The notes below the pieces were generated by a model. The model was not told the origin of the DNA. It searched no databases and was given only the letters and a program-made list of their open reading frames with translations. Below, piece after piece: positions 48,301-60,009 of a stretch of DNA of 64,000 nucleotides (its first letter is position 1; the number at the start of each line of letters is the position of its first letter). The translations under genes and the position numbers were made by a program. This DNA is from Psammoneis japonica (taxonomy: Eukaryota): the NCBI GenBank assembly GCA_008632985.1, contig QPGO01000034.1, forward strand, positions 201,311 to 265,310, given 5' to 3'.

Positions 48301-48557
48301 CGGTGCCATGGCGCACCTCCTGTGATGCATTTTCTGCACAAATCTCTGTGGGAAAAAGGCAAGCGCCTGCCAACAAGAAATTTGCACCAGAGGGTCAGTT
48401 GAAGAAGACAAAGAAAAGCTGAGCAGAGCTCAGTCAGCCAATCTGCTGTCTCAACCCAGCAGCAGCAGACAAAAAGTTGAGAGAAGAACAACTCCTCCCA
48501 GCATCAATGTGGCTGTGGTTGTGGCAGTCGTGTGACAGCAGCATGTGAAGATGAAAA

Positions 48558-49060
48558 CATCCAGACAAACAAGAAACTCCCTGACCCACCAGAGAGACTG
48601 CTGAAAAGGACCAAGAAGAGGCAGATGACTTGACAGCAAAGAATGAGCAGGAGGAACAAAAAATGAAAAAGAGTTGGTGAGTGACAGCTTGGAAGCACAA
48701 GCCATTGCAGTGCAGTCAAGAAGAAGCAGCTGCATGGGCAGAAAAAGGATTTTTGTGAATCTGACAACAGCAGCAAAAATGGTGGTGGCAGGAGCAACAA
48801 CAGCAAGTTGGAGCTTCCAAGCACCAATGGCAGCAATGTGGTGCGCGGGTGCACAGCTGGGTGCCAATGCATCAAGGATGTCAGACAAGCACAGTGGATT
48901 GTTTTGGCATGATTGAGTGAGTCTCAACTTGGAGAAGATTCCAAAACACAAGCACGTGTGGAAAGGTCTGCAGCCAGTGCTCCCAACACACTGCACAGCA
49001 GCAGCAGCAGCAGCAGTGGTGACAGCAATCAACAAACACTGCACACTTCAAAACTGAAAT
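48558..49060. repeat. Diverged direct copy of ~45234-45800
   Basis: Shared blocks such as CTGCTGAAAAGGACCAAG, GCAACAACAGCAAGTTGGAGCTTCCAAGCACCAATGGCAGCAATGTGG and GAAGATTCCAAAACACAAGCA. Confidence 0.85.
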
Positions 49061-49227
49061 GTGCGCAGGCTCCAGCATGTCTTCTGCTCTGTTTGTGGTG
49101 ATCACAAATTGAAAAAATGAAGCCTGTGTTCAATGTTTGCAAATGGGCGCAATGAGTTGAGTTGGGGTGCTGTTGGCCAGAAAATGATGTGCAAGCCATT
49201 GCGCACCATCGTTCGTTCGAGAGAGAG

Positions 49228-49260
<33 letters not shown>

Positions 49261-49454
49261 CACAGAGAAACAGCAATGGCAGTCACAAGCATCCCACTGG
49301 ACAGATGTGTTGGGTTCATTTGGCAAGCGAGAGAGAGAGAGAGAGAGAGAGAGACGACAACTTGACTTGAATTGAATCAACCTAATCAACCCATCTGTCC
49401 TTCTTTGGATCTTTTTAACGCAACAATGCCCACCGCACGTTAACAACAACAGCC

Positions 49455-49502
49455 GGCCGCTGATGAAGCCACCGCGAAAGTCTCATTCTCCTGACTTTGG
49501 CC
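49455..49502 (+). ncRNA. Minimal type I hammerhead ribozyme (copy 1)
   Basis: GGCCG-CUGAUGA-A-GC(CACC)GC-GAA-AGUC(loop)GACU-U-UGGCC: core plus stems I-III. Confidence 0.72.
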
Positions 49503-52500
49503 AACGTTGTTGTGCCTGCTGTCACTGAAATGGTTGGACAAACATCTGATTGAGCAGCTCCGCCTTGGCTGCTTGCACCGCCATTGTTTGTCACATTTGA
49601 CAGAAAATTGGCTTTGCCAATTTTGATTGTTCGTTTGAGAGAGAGTACAACAACAACAATGGATGCTGCGACCGAGACCACCAACCCAAAACGCGTGCAT
49701 TTCGATTCGACTGCGGTGAACCCAGCCAACCAGCAAACAAGGACACCCCTTGCCACCGCCACCCAATGCATCAGGGACCACATCGTGTCGCTACAACCAG
49801 AAATGGCCACCATCCTCGAGAAGCTTGCCATCAACCAAATCCAACTGTAAGCTGAGGCCCATGACAAGGTCTTTCATGTCCAATGGATGGAAAGTGATGA
49901 GGAGTTCATCCCCTGCTCAGCCCGAATCAATTTCGAATTCCAAATGTCGAAAACTGCTGAACAGAGCCAGGAGTTTTTGGCTCTGCAGGAGGAAACCAAC
50001 GACCTCATCTCTGCCACCCAAAAAGCCTTCAAAAAGCAAGTTGTCCAAGCCACCAGGATTGAACTCAACGTCATCCAAGAAGAAATTTTGGAGTCCTGCG
50101 CGAAAGCCACCCGACTCGCACCCGAAAGTTTCACTGTGGCCGACAGCATCACCACACCTGTCGACACCGCAGTGGTCACCCTGCTTGACCACTGCCATGA
50201 AACACTGCCAAAGCATGTCAAGGTCGAGAACCTCAGTGCGTTTCTCACCAAATGCAAGACAGTGAATGCCATTGCTGATCTGCCGCAACCGCTGGTTGCT
50301 CCAACCGCTCGACAGTCTCAAACTCAAGACAACTAAGCCAGTGACTCCTTGTTCCTTACACAAGAAATAGCACCAGCACCCGCCGCACCACAAATCACCA
50401 CTGCGCAACAGAAAATCGAAACTGAACTCAGCAAGATCTTCCAGGTGCTTGAATGCATCTTCGTGTCTCCCTGGACTGCCTGCCTGGCATCCAAACAGAA
50501 ACATGACATTGGCCTCCAATTGAAGAACTCAACAAGGAACACTTCGATGCGAGGCCACCAAGAGCGTAAACATGGAAATTGATGGCAAAGCTGCAGTCAA
50601 CCCTCCCACCCTCCAAGAGCTCATCCGCAAGGAGACCAAGAAAAATGCCAAAAAGTCTCACAACAGGTCAACACGCTTGCTCAACGCCTCAAGTCCATCA
50701 AAGCACAGCAGTCAAACAACCGAGGGGCCGAAACTACACCACCAGCGCCTCAACACAAAAGAAAAGGCAAATGCCTCAATCATGAAGAAAACGCTCAATG
50801 CGACGGAAGCGACGAGCGACAACGACACACCAGTGCAACAAAAACAATGCGCACTCCAATCGAAACAGCAATCAAAAAAAAGCAGCAGCGCTCCAACAAC
50901 AATCGGAACAGGCACAGAGGCAACAGAGCACGAATCCATCGCACACACGGATTCGTTGCTGACCCATCTCACACAATCTGACACAATGCCTGCACCCACC
51001 TGCGACACATGCCTGCCTGGCACTGCTTCAACAGGCCTTCACACCTTGCCTTCCATGATTGCACCACCACCAAACAACCACCAAAGAACCTCCAATCACT
51101 GCTTGGTCTCAGCTTGAAATTTGTTCCTGCTCCATGCTTCACCAACAACGGGAAGTCCTCCAAGATCCAAGAACATGCACTTGGAAGATTCAAACAAGAC
51201 CTTGACAAATGAGATTGCTTTGCCAATGCGCCTGTCAATGACGACGATGGAGATTGCAATCCCAGGATGCACCTCCGTTCCAACTGGACCCCCCCTTCCT
51301 GGAAACTCACTGACATTGTCACCCATCGATGCACCACTTTTAAATCACAAGTCACCAACCTCTTTGTGAAACGCCATGGCAGAGCCAACCCACTGCCCCA
51401 CCAACAACGTGCCCTGGCCTTTCTTTGCAAACAAGACGACTTCACAATGGCCCAATGCGACAAGAACCTGGGGCCCGCCATCATCGAAAAAAACCGAGTG
51501 CATCAAGATGGCATTTCGCGATCATCTCAACGACGCCAACGCGTGTCGATTTTTGAGCAAGTTTGAAGCTAGAACCCAAGAACACAGCATCAAAAACCTC
51601 CTCAATGACTGGCTCAAGACATGTAAAACCAGCCTCACCCCGATGGAACGTGAGTGTCTGAAACATTGTCTTGAAACCAACAAAGACCCGTTCCCCATCT
51701 TCTGCCTCACTCCAAAGGTGCACAAGCCCCCTCCGCTCCGATCCCAACCAATCGTCTCTGCCAGTGGTGGCCTGCTCTACGGCTCAGGCATCTGGGTAGA
51801 TGACAAGCTCCAGAAAGTTGCTCGCCGCCAACGATCATGCTTCAAGAGCTCCCTGGACCTGAAACAAGCACTTGTTCAAATGGAAACACCATCGCATTGC
51901 CTCCTCTTCACATCCAATGCCGAGGCCTGCTGCTCCAACATGCCCACCAGAAAAGCACTTCGATTGATTGCCTCCTGCCTCCGATGTCATGAACACAAAT
52001 GTGACGACGTGCCAATGCATGCCCTCATCAAAGCCCTCCGAATTGTGATGGAAAATAATGTGTTCACCTTTGGAGACACCACTTGGCACCAGCGCAATGG
52101 AACCACCATGGGCACACCACCCGCCCCTCCGTGTGCCACCTTGTGCTGCTGCACTCCATGAAGACATGCTCCTGGAGGAGTTTGGCTCCCAGCTTTTTCA
52201 TTACAAACAATTTGTCAATGATGTCTTTGGCATTTGGCACATTGCTGACACTGCCACTGATGCCGCCACCTGGGAAGCATTTGCCTCCAGACTGAATGAC
52301 TTGACACCACATGGATCACGAGCCCACAAAGCCACCAAGTTAACTTCAGGACCTGAAATCTCGCTCCAAGGCCCCCACATCCACACCACCCTCTATGAAA
52401 AAGAAATGAATCTGTGCATGTGCATCCCACCTCACTCAGCTCACCCGCCTGGAGCACTCACCTGCCTCATCATGGGCATGCTCCGCCACTTTAAAAACCT

Positions 52501-52924
52501 GTGCTCCACCGCTGACGCAAAAGCAAAAGTAAGCCCACTCTGCCTTCGACTGCAAACCCAGGGTTACAAACCCAGCAAACTACAACCGCTCTTCCAAAAA
52601 GCACCCATGACCTCATCTTTGGCAATGCTGACAGAACAATGGAAGAGCCCCAGTCAAACCCAATCTTCCTGCATCTTCCTCACCACCCAAACGACCGCCA
52701 TCCAGTGAACTGCAGAAATTGTGGAAAGGCACAATGGCCAACCCTCCCCACTCACAACCTCTCTCAAACCTTTGAAATCACGCCCGACAACGCATCAGCC
52801 TCAACGCATGATTGTTTGTTGCAGCCACTCCTGCAATCTTGGAAATCTCCTTTCCTGCCGCATGCTCCGAGTCTCCCATGGCCTCCCAGTTTCGTCCTGT
52901 CAGATTACAAACACGGAGGCCACT

Positions 52925-52964
<40 letters not shown>

Positions 52965-53065
52965 ACGACAACTTGACTTGAATTGAATCGATTTAATCAA
53001 CCCGTCTGTCCTTCTTTGGATCTTTTTAACACAACAACGCCCACCGCACGTTGACAACAACAGCC

Positions 53066-53113
53066 GGCCGCTGATGAAGCCACTGCGAAAGTCTCATTCT
53101 CCTGACTTCGGCC
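53066..53113 (+). ncRNA. Minimal type I hammerhead ribozyme (copy 2)
   Basis: GGCCG-CUGAUGA-A-GC(CACU)GC-GAA-AGUC(loop)GACU-U-CGGCC with a perfect 5-bp stem I. Confidence 0.78.
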
Positions 53114-54617
53114 AACGTTGTTGTGCCTGTCATTGCTGAAACAGTTGGACAAATGTCCGATTGAGCAGCTCTGCCTCAGCTGCTTGCATTGCCATTGTTT
53201 GCCACATTTGATGGAAAATTGGCTTTGCCAATTTTGATCATTCGAGAGAGAGAGAGAGAAACAGCAATGGCAGTCACAAGCATCCCACTGGACAGATGTG
53301 TTGGGTTCATTTGGCAAGATGTCAGGACAGCAGCAACAAGCACAGTGCCAGGGATGAAAGAAAGTGAGCAGAAGATCCAGAGAGATCTGGCCACCAGCCG
53401 CCATCTGCATGGACTCCTCATGTCTGTCTTGATGGGCTTGAGTTGATGGGTGTGCACACAGCAGCACACCCTGTTCAGCCAGATGGCTGTGTCAGACTTT
53501 GCAAGCTGCTTGCAGAGTTGTCAGGAGAACAAGCAGCTTGGAGCTTTGAATTTCTGTGTTGCTGCCACCCCTCTTCAGAGAGATCACACACACATCATCA
53601 GCAAAGTGGCCAGCCTCCCTCCTGTGCAGCTGCCAAAATTCACTTTTTGTGCAAATGTGCTGCAGAGTGTGCTGCATTCATCCTGCTTTTGCATCACTGT
53701 TTCAGACACCCAAGCTGTGCACAGCTGCTGCGCAGGTGGCGGTGGTCTGCCCCACTGCTTTGCCCCTCATTTTCCTTGTCAAGCCCAGTTTGTTCTCCCT
53801 TCTCAAGCTTTTCGTCTCTCACAATGCTGCCCACAGCAGCACTTGCAGGAACAAAAACTGCCATGTGGGAGATTTTCTTTGTCTTGTCTTTGTCTCAATG
53901 TCCGCTGGCATCTCCCCCCCCCCCTGACATGTGACTGCAATGACACAGCCATGCCACCCAAAAAGAGCCATGCACAGCTTTTCACATCTCTCTGGTGCTT
54001 GCCATTTTGAGGCTTCTTGTTTGCTGTCTGAGGAGAGTGACACAGAAGCAATGATGCTGTGGCGAAGCACGGCTTTGGCAGAGGTCGTGTGCAAACAAGT
54101 TGCACAGTTGACAAGAGAAACTTTCTTGCTGCACTTGAGAGCGCCATGGCTGACCAACAAAAGTGCTCAGTCCAACTCTGTTGCTGGTTGGTGGTGGTGG
54201 TTGTGAGTCTTGGGTGTTCCATGCACTGCTCTGATTTTTGTTTTCTTGCTCAAGCGCATTGTTTGCTCACACTGTGATTCTCTTGTGTGTTTCAAGCCCT
54301 TGCACGACCCAACAATGTGTCTTGCTGCTGGCTCCTCCTGCCCCACCCATGGCGGCTGAGGATCTGGCAGTCCACGAGGACAGGGCATCGTCCATCGTCT
54401 CTCTTCCTTGTGTGTTTGCGATTGTGCACTGCACCGGTGCGACCTGCGACCCCAGCTCGGCCGGCAACAAAAAGTGACGCGCGTCGAATCGCGCAAGTGA
54501 GGAATTAGTAGGAATTGAAGTTGCAAGTTGGCATCGACCCTCGTGTTCACTGTTCACGTTCCTTCGTTCGTAATAGCAGATCAGTGAAACTTGCGTTTTG
54601 TGGATGTCGCTGTGGCC

Positions 54618-55628
54618 ATGGCAATCGCAAGTGCGGAAGTGTCGGACAACAGCTACGCACCACCATCTGCTGAGAAAGCAGCCAAAAGTCAGAACAGCGT
54701 AATTGAAGGTGATGTGGAAAGGATGGAGGGAAAATGCCGTGACCTTCGTCGCAAGCTGCGCGCAACTAGACAACGACGAGTGGAAGTGAATCGCAAGCTA
54801 GAATTGGTTGCAGTGGACGAGTATCCCAAGTGGTTGGAGAAAAGAAATGAAGCAGAACGTAGACGTAGCGAGGCTCTAGGAAAGTTCTGCTTGACGCTTT
54901 CGCGCTGCGATTTGGAATCTTCCAAGCTGGACGTGGCACGAAAGTGGAATGTTACAAACGATTGCTTTTATGTGTGGCGTTCAGGACCCTTTGGGACAAT
55001 CAATGGCCTTCGCTTAGGAAGTGAGGTACCTCCGCTTCCGTACAATGGAAATACTACCAATGATGGAACGATCTTTAGGACTATGGATACGAATGCAACC
55101 AATCCGGCAAGCAATGGTGGTGACGTCGATCCGGAAAAAGTTGAAAGAGACGCAGATATGGAAGAGGAAACCGGTTACAAAGTTCCATGGATGGAAATCA
55201 ACTCCGCTCTTGGACTGGTTGCTTTGCTTCTATCGACATTGGAGCAGAAACCGCACAGTTGGATTCGATTCACAAACGAGATTGTTCCAATGGGGAGCTG
55301 CAGCAAGATCGGGTGGCGCCGTGGCGAATCCGTAACAATGTACAATCTTTACTCGGATGACAGTTTCCAGCTTTTTGGGAAGAGAAATTTTAACATTGCA
55401 TTGAATTGTCTCTTAGCCTGCGTTTCTGAGGCTGCTGCGGAGGTGTTGAAGCGAAATCGAACGATTGCCCTCCCACACTCCATCGAAATGGTTTCAGGAG
55501 AGTACGCCATTGGTGGGCTTTCCGTATCATATGGCGTTGATGGCGAACGATGGACACGAGCTATGAAATTCCTTCTGACTGATCTAAAGTGGCTTGTTGC
55601 CTTCACAGCGAAGCACGTCGACAGATAG
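54618..55628 (+). CDS. ATG6: Beclin-1/Atg6 (Vps30)-like protein
   Basis: NVTNDCFYVWRSGPFGTINGLRLG, VPWMEINSALG, IVPMGSCSKI, ERWTRAMKFLLTDLKWL. Confidence 0.9.
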   Translation: MAIASAEVSDNSYAPPSAEKAAKSQNSVIEGDVERMEGKCRDLRRKLRATRQRRVEVNRKLELVAVDEYPKWLEKRNEAERRRSEALGKFCLTLSRCDLESSKLDVARKWNVTNDCFYVWRSGPFGTINGLRLGSEVPPLPYNGNTTNDGTIFRTMDTNATNPASNGGDVDPEKVERDADMEEETGYKVPWMEINSALGLVALLLSTLEQKPHSWIRFTNEIVPMGSCSKIGWRRGESVTMYNLYSDDSFQLFGKRNFNIALNCLLACVSEAAAEVLKRNRTIALPHSIEMVSGEYAIGGLSVSYGVDGERWTRAMKFLLTDLKWLVAFTAKHVDR

Positions 55629-55672
55629 ACAAATACAGGGACGAGTATGGCTCTACTATTCTGGTCAGTACA

Positions 55673-57967
55673 TCACGGCTTATCACTTTCGGGAACATTC
55701 TCACTCCACTCTGAACGTATTGTTCCCAAGAGATTTTTACGAAGGGCGTTGGGCATTTCGTGATGTGCTTGCTCTAGAATTGCACGGTCGACTTTCCCAG
55801 CGTCGCAACAACCTTGGAAGACTGCTTCTAATAGCTCGATGCGTTCGTAGTAATCACACGTGAGGCGAAAGCATGCAGCCAATAAGATAGAAAATGTTCG
55901 TGACTGCGGCTTTCCAAATTCAGGAGACTGCTGTAGTTCCTCGAACGTCCGAAGAGCCGTTGTGAGAGCGCCTCGCCGTTGCTCTTCGGACATCCACTGA
56001 GTCCTAGCGCAGGCGTTTATCACACGTCCAAATGCAAATGCGTCGGGCTTGGCACTTTCGTTTCCTTTACGGTACTCTTCAATCATGTGTTTGAGCACTT
56101 CGGAAGCGTTCACAAACTGTCTGGGATTGTCAGTACGAGACCAGCATTCAATAACAGACGTATAACTATGAGCATCTGGCCTCACCGTCGTTCTCCCTCG
56201 ACGATATGTATCTTCCATCCTAGTCACAAATTCCCGGGCGGTCGAAGCAGCATCATTTCGCCTCCGCCGTCGTTTTGCCAGTGCATTCAAAACGCTGTTG
56301 TAGCTGATAATGTCTGGCTTGGCTTTTTCATTACCTCTCTTGTACGCCGCTTCCATTTGATCAAGAATTTTCTTGGCAGTTCTAGAATCGCCTTGCTTGG
56401 CCAGTGCGTCCAAGACTGCATTGTAGCTATAGGAGTCCAGAGAACTGAACCTTTCAATCTTTTGTAACAAAGATTTAGCGCGGTACGCTGAATTTGGATG
56501 TCTACTCCTCGCCCAAGCTGTTATAACCGCATTCCCGGTAACGGAAGTAGGTTTGAGGTCATCATCTCCGCTTGTTTGGTGCAGCTGTATCAGTCGATCA
56601 AGAAGTGCTTCGGCGCGTTCAGCTGCGTCTCGTACATTCGTACTCCTTGACCACGCTTTGATGCACGTGGTGAAGCTAACGTAGTTTGGTTTTACGTCAT
56701 AGCCGTCGGCGTGTAGCTTCTCCATATGCTCAAGGATATGCTGCGCACGCATTGCGGCGTTACCGGACGAGTCTCGGCATTGTGCCCAGGCATCCAAGAT
56801 GAGCGACATAGTTCGCGTGTTCGGCTTTATACCAATGTCGTCAGGGTCGCCTGTGTCACTTCCGAGTTCTTTGCTCTCATCTAAGCTTTCCATCATTTTC
56901 AAGATTTCTTCTGCTTTTACAGCTGCATACTGTCCCTGTCCACTATTTACCCAGGCGTGAACGACAGAGTTGAACGCGACAACGCCTGGCTTAATCACAG
57001 TAGCGCCATCCACCACGTTCCGGTTGAATACTTTATCACGTCGCCCTTCAATTGCGTGCTCGAGAATAACAGTTGCGCGCTCTGCGGCGTACAATGACTT
57101 TGTCTGTGCCCAACAGTCCAGGACTCCACTCAAGGATCGTGAATTGGGCAAGTCGCCAACGTATACGGACGCAAATTGTTCCTTGCAGTCTCTAGCCCAC
57201 GTTTCCATCATTGTGAACACCTCTTCCGCTCTGGTACCAGCATCTGGTTCTCCACTTTTCGCCCATGCATTGATAACGATGTTAAACGTTCTAGCCGTGG
57301 GTTCAGGAGGCTTGACCTTGAACTCATTTGCATCTTGTGCGTAATCTCGACACGTAGTGAGCATCCGCGTTAGGATTGAATGAGCGCGCAGAGCGGCGTC
57401 CTTGCCTCCAGCACAAGTCGCATAGGCATGTAAAACCTTGTTATACGACACGGTATCTGGTATCAAATGCTTTCCGTGTTCTCTGTCGGAATCCATATTT
57501 TGTTCGAGAGCCACAAGTAACGATTCCGCCTGTATGGCTGCATCCATTCCAACGTATTGTGATGTCTCAGCCGCATTCCCAGCGGCTTTTGACCATGCCT
57601 CTAGTATCCGATCAATCTCCTTAAAGTTCGTTGAAAGCAACTTAGTAGCTTCATCATCTAAATCATGCGAGGGATCGCCCAGAGCTCTCACTAAATTCGA
57701 AGTGTCCTGGACAAGATCTTCGTCCAAGTCCAACGTAGGGTTTCCAGAGCTTTGCCCATTTCTATCTATAAGTGAATGTCCGGAACGCGATTCATAGTGC
57801 AGAGAATGGGAAAGATCATCCATTCTCGCCTCCCCGAGAATAATCCAATAGAAGTCTCTTTTAGTTTGAGAATTGGGACAACCGAAAATGCTCGGCGCTG
57901 CTCGTCGGAAACAGTTGGCAGCCCGTCGTCTCGAGAGCAACAACGTTGCTTTCATGATTCCTGACAT
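55673..57967 (-). CDS. Pentatricopeptide repeat protein, probably mitochondrial
   Basis: Repeated PDTVSYNKVLHAYA / TFNIVINAWAKSG / PDIISYNSVLNALA motifs; Arg/Ser-rich N-terminus. Confidence 0.92.
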   Translation of the reverse strand: MSGIMKATLLLSRRRAANCFRRAAPSIFGCPNSQTKRDFYWIILGEARMDDLSHSLHYESRSGHSLIDRNGQSSGNPTLDLDEDLVQDTSNLVRALGDPSHDLDDEATKLLSTNFKEIDRILEAWSKAAGNAAETSQYVGMDAAIQAESLLVALEQNMDSDREHGKHLIPDTVSYNKVLHAYATCAGGKDAALRAHSILTRMLTTCRDYAQDANEFKVKPPEPTARTFNIVINAWAKSGEPDAGTRAEEVFTMMETWARDCKEQFASVYVGDLPNSRSLSGVLDCWAQTKSLYAAERATVILEHAIEGRRDKVFNRNVVDGATVIKPGVVAFNSVVHAWVNSGQGQYAAVKAEEILKMMESLDESKELGSDTGDPDDIGIKPNTRTMSLILDAWAQCRDSSGNAAMRAQHILEHMEKLHADGYDVKPNYVSFTTCIKAWSRSTNVRDAAERAEALLDRLIQLHQTSGDDDLKPTSVTGNAVITAWARSRHPNSAYRAKSLLQKIERFSSLDSYSYNAVLDALAKQGDSRTAKKILDQMEAAYKRGNEKAKPDIISYNSVLNALAKRRRRRNDAASTAREFVTRMEDTYRRGRTTVRPDAHSYTSVIECWSRTDNPRQFVNASEVLKHMIEEYRKGNESAKPDAFAFGRVINACARTQWMSEEQRRGALTTALRTFEELQQSPEFGKPQSRTFSILLAACFRLTCDYYERIELLEAVFQGCCDAGKVDRAILEQAHHEMPNALRKNLLGTIRSEWSENVPESDKP

Positions 57968-58054
57968 AATTCAAAAATGGTGGCGCTTGTATTTATGCAA
58001 TCCACGCGACTTCTACACTACACTGGCATCCATCATCATTTTTGGCTCGCTTAC

Positions 58055-58145
58055 GACGACTCTCTACTCTACTAGCTCTACTCTAGAGAGTAGAGTAGCC
58101 TAGCTCTCTAGAGAGAGAGAGAGTTGAGTTACAGTATGTAGTATA
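58055..58145. promoter_or_regulatory. CTA/TAG-rich island upstream of the PPR gene
   Basis: CTACTCTACTAGCTCTACTCTAGAGAGTAGAGTAGCCTAG; same composition as other islands. Confidence 0.45.
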
Positions 58146-58169
58146 GAGATAAATAATACGGTGTAATTG

Positions 58170-59664
58170 TTATTTTTTACTGTAGGCGGCGGCTGATGAC
58201 GTCAGACGCATTCGCACAATAAAACCGTTGGTTTCCCCGCCGCAACTCTTCCTCTGCTGTGCGTGGAAGGCCGTTTTCAAAATCTCCAGAGCAGAAAAAC
58301 CTTCTACCTCTTCTACTGACAGATCCCTTGTTGTTGCTTCACTCAACAATGACAGCTTCTTCCTTCTTCCTTTTACCTCTTTTTTTCCATCAACTGCTCT
58401 TTGGCTCTTTGCTCTCCACCAGCGCCTGCTCTCAGCCCAAGCCTCCCTGCTGGCCCTTCTCATCCAATCTGCACCACTCCAATGCCTCCCATTCTGCCTT
58501 CCTCTGTGCTTTGATGTCTCCATCTGCCCTTCTTCTGCTGCTGATTTCACCTGGAATTGCCTCTTTCCAGCAAAAAGCTGCTTTGGCAGCAGAGTGCACC
58601 ACCATTCTGCCTCTTCTTCTCAAGAACGGGTGCCATCCAAACACTTGGTCGCGACCTTGTTTGTCATTTTTCCATGCACACCCTTTGCTTCACCTCCTCT
58701 CTCTGCACTGATTCATCTCCTGCTCCCTCTGCCAAATGCCCTGCATCCTGCTTTTTGCACCTGCTCTGCTCTTTGCTCCACTGCTGCAGCTGCTTCCGTG
58801 CCTGCTTCTCTGCTGTTTTCCTTTCCATTCTCAATGGGCTCTTTGACAACTCTGCACTCAGTTTTAAATTGCTGTCATGCAAGGCACACAATGCCACAAT
58901 CTTCTCATCACTTTTGACACAAATTGTTTTGGTTGATTGCCACATTGACTTTGTTCAGCTTTCAAGGGTTGGGGTTGTTGACCTGCAAAACAACCGTGTG
59001 ACGAAGATGTCACTAAGAGGAGAAGAAAGAAGGTTGCCAAACATGAATGCCATGACATCCCAAGGTTGCCTTGGCCTTCCTCTGGCTCTAATTGTTTGCT
59101 CTAATTTGGTGTCCTTGGTCTTCTTCCCACTCCAGACTTCTTGTTTTGTCATGTTGCGCTCGAGTGCACCTCCAATGTTAAGTCCATTTCTTGTTGCTTT
59201 CAATTTTCATTCATGAATTGTTGCCAACAGTCCCTTTTGCTTTCATTGTCGAAATGCAGAAATGAAACCTTTCATGAATTCTCCAAAAGATGTTGTCAAG
59301 GACAAGGAGACCACTTGCAGCAAGAAGTGTGTCAGAGCTGCAAAGACTGCTAGAATTGATGCAGCTTCTCCTGAGAGCCTGCCTCCAGTGCCAAACCATC
59401 TTCTTCCGATGCTCCTTCGACTTACAACATCTGCACGTACCCCTTCTTGACCATTCGAGGAATCGCAGCCATTGAAAAATGAAGACTGAAGGTTTTCTGC
59501 GTCATTGTCATACGGGCTTTGTTTTTTAAGTTTTGGGGGAGAGTCGTCATGACAGATTATTGTTGGAGATAGGTAGAGCATGTAGCGCGGCAACTGTAGC
59601 AACACCCCGCCTTCTTGGCCGCTAAGGAAGGCAATGGGGTTAACAAGCGGCAAAGTTGTCATTC
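58170..59664 (-). pseudogene. Broken gene-like sequence with a TpA/CpG-depleted core
   Basis: Fragmentary minus-strand ORFs with normal composition at both ends and almost no TAC/TAT/CG in ~58250-59420; no recognisable domain. Confidence 0.35.
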
Positions 59665-60009
59665 TTACTTCTATTATTTGTGGGATAGTGCATAAAAAGG
59701 TTTTGTTGCAACTACTCATGAATCAAGTGATGCGTTTAGCGTTGACCATGTACACAGTTACTATTGTACCTCCCTGTGTACGGGCGGAATGCAATGTACT
59801 TCAGTCACCATGTGCTTCGGATTGTTGGTTTCTGGTAATCTACCGGTACTCTATCTACTTCTACTACAGTAGTTAGTGGAGGAGTGCATCCGTAAAACTA
59901 ACAAAACGCATGCAGCTTTCACAAAAACGTGCAAAGGAAAACATGGTGAATCATCGTGGACAGACAAAGAAAGAAGCCTGGAGCATTGAATTGATGAGCC
60001 TGTGCGCAG

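Larger units (their letters stand above)
49354..53243 (+). mobile_element. Decayed Penelope-like retroelement with ~290-bp direct terminal repeats
   Basis: ORF1 relic from 49659; RT relics DKNLGPAII, TPKVHK, PIVS, MENNVFTFG..QRNGTTMGTPPAP, FVNDVFGIW, TTLYEKEMN..IPPHSAHP. Repeats ~49354-49645 and ~52965-53243 are bounded by (GA)n. Confidence 0.88.
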
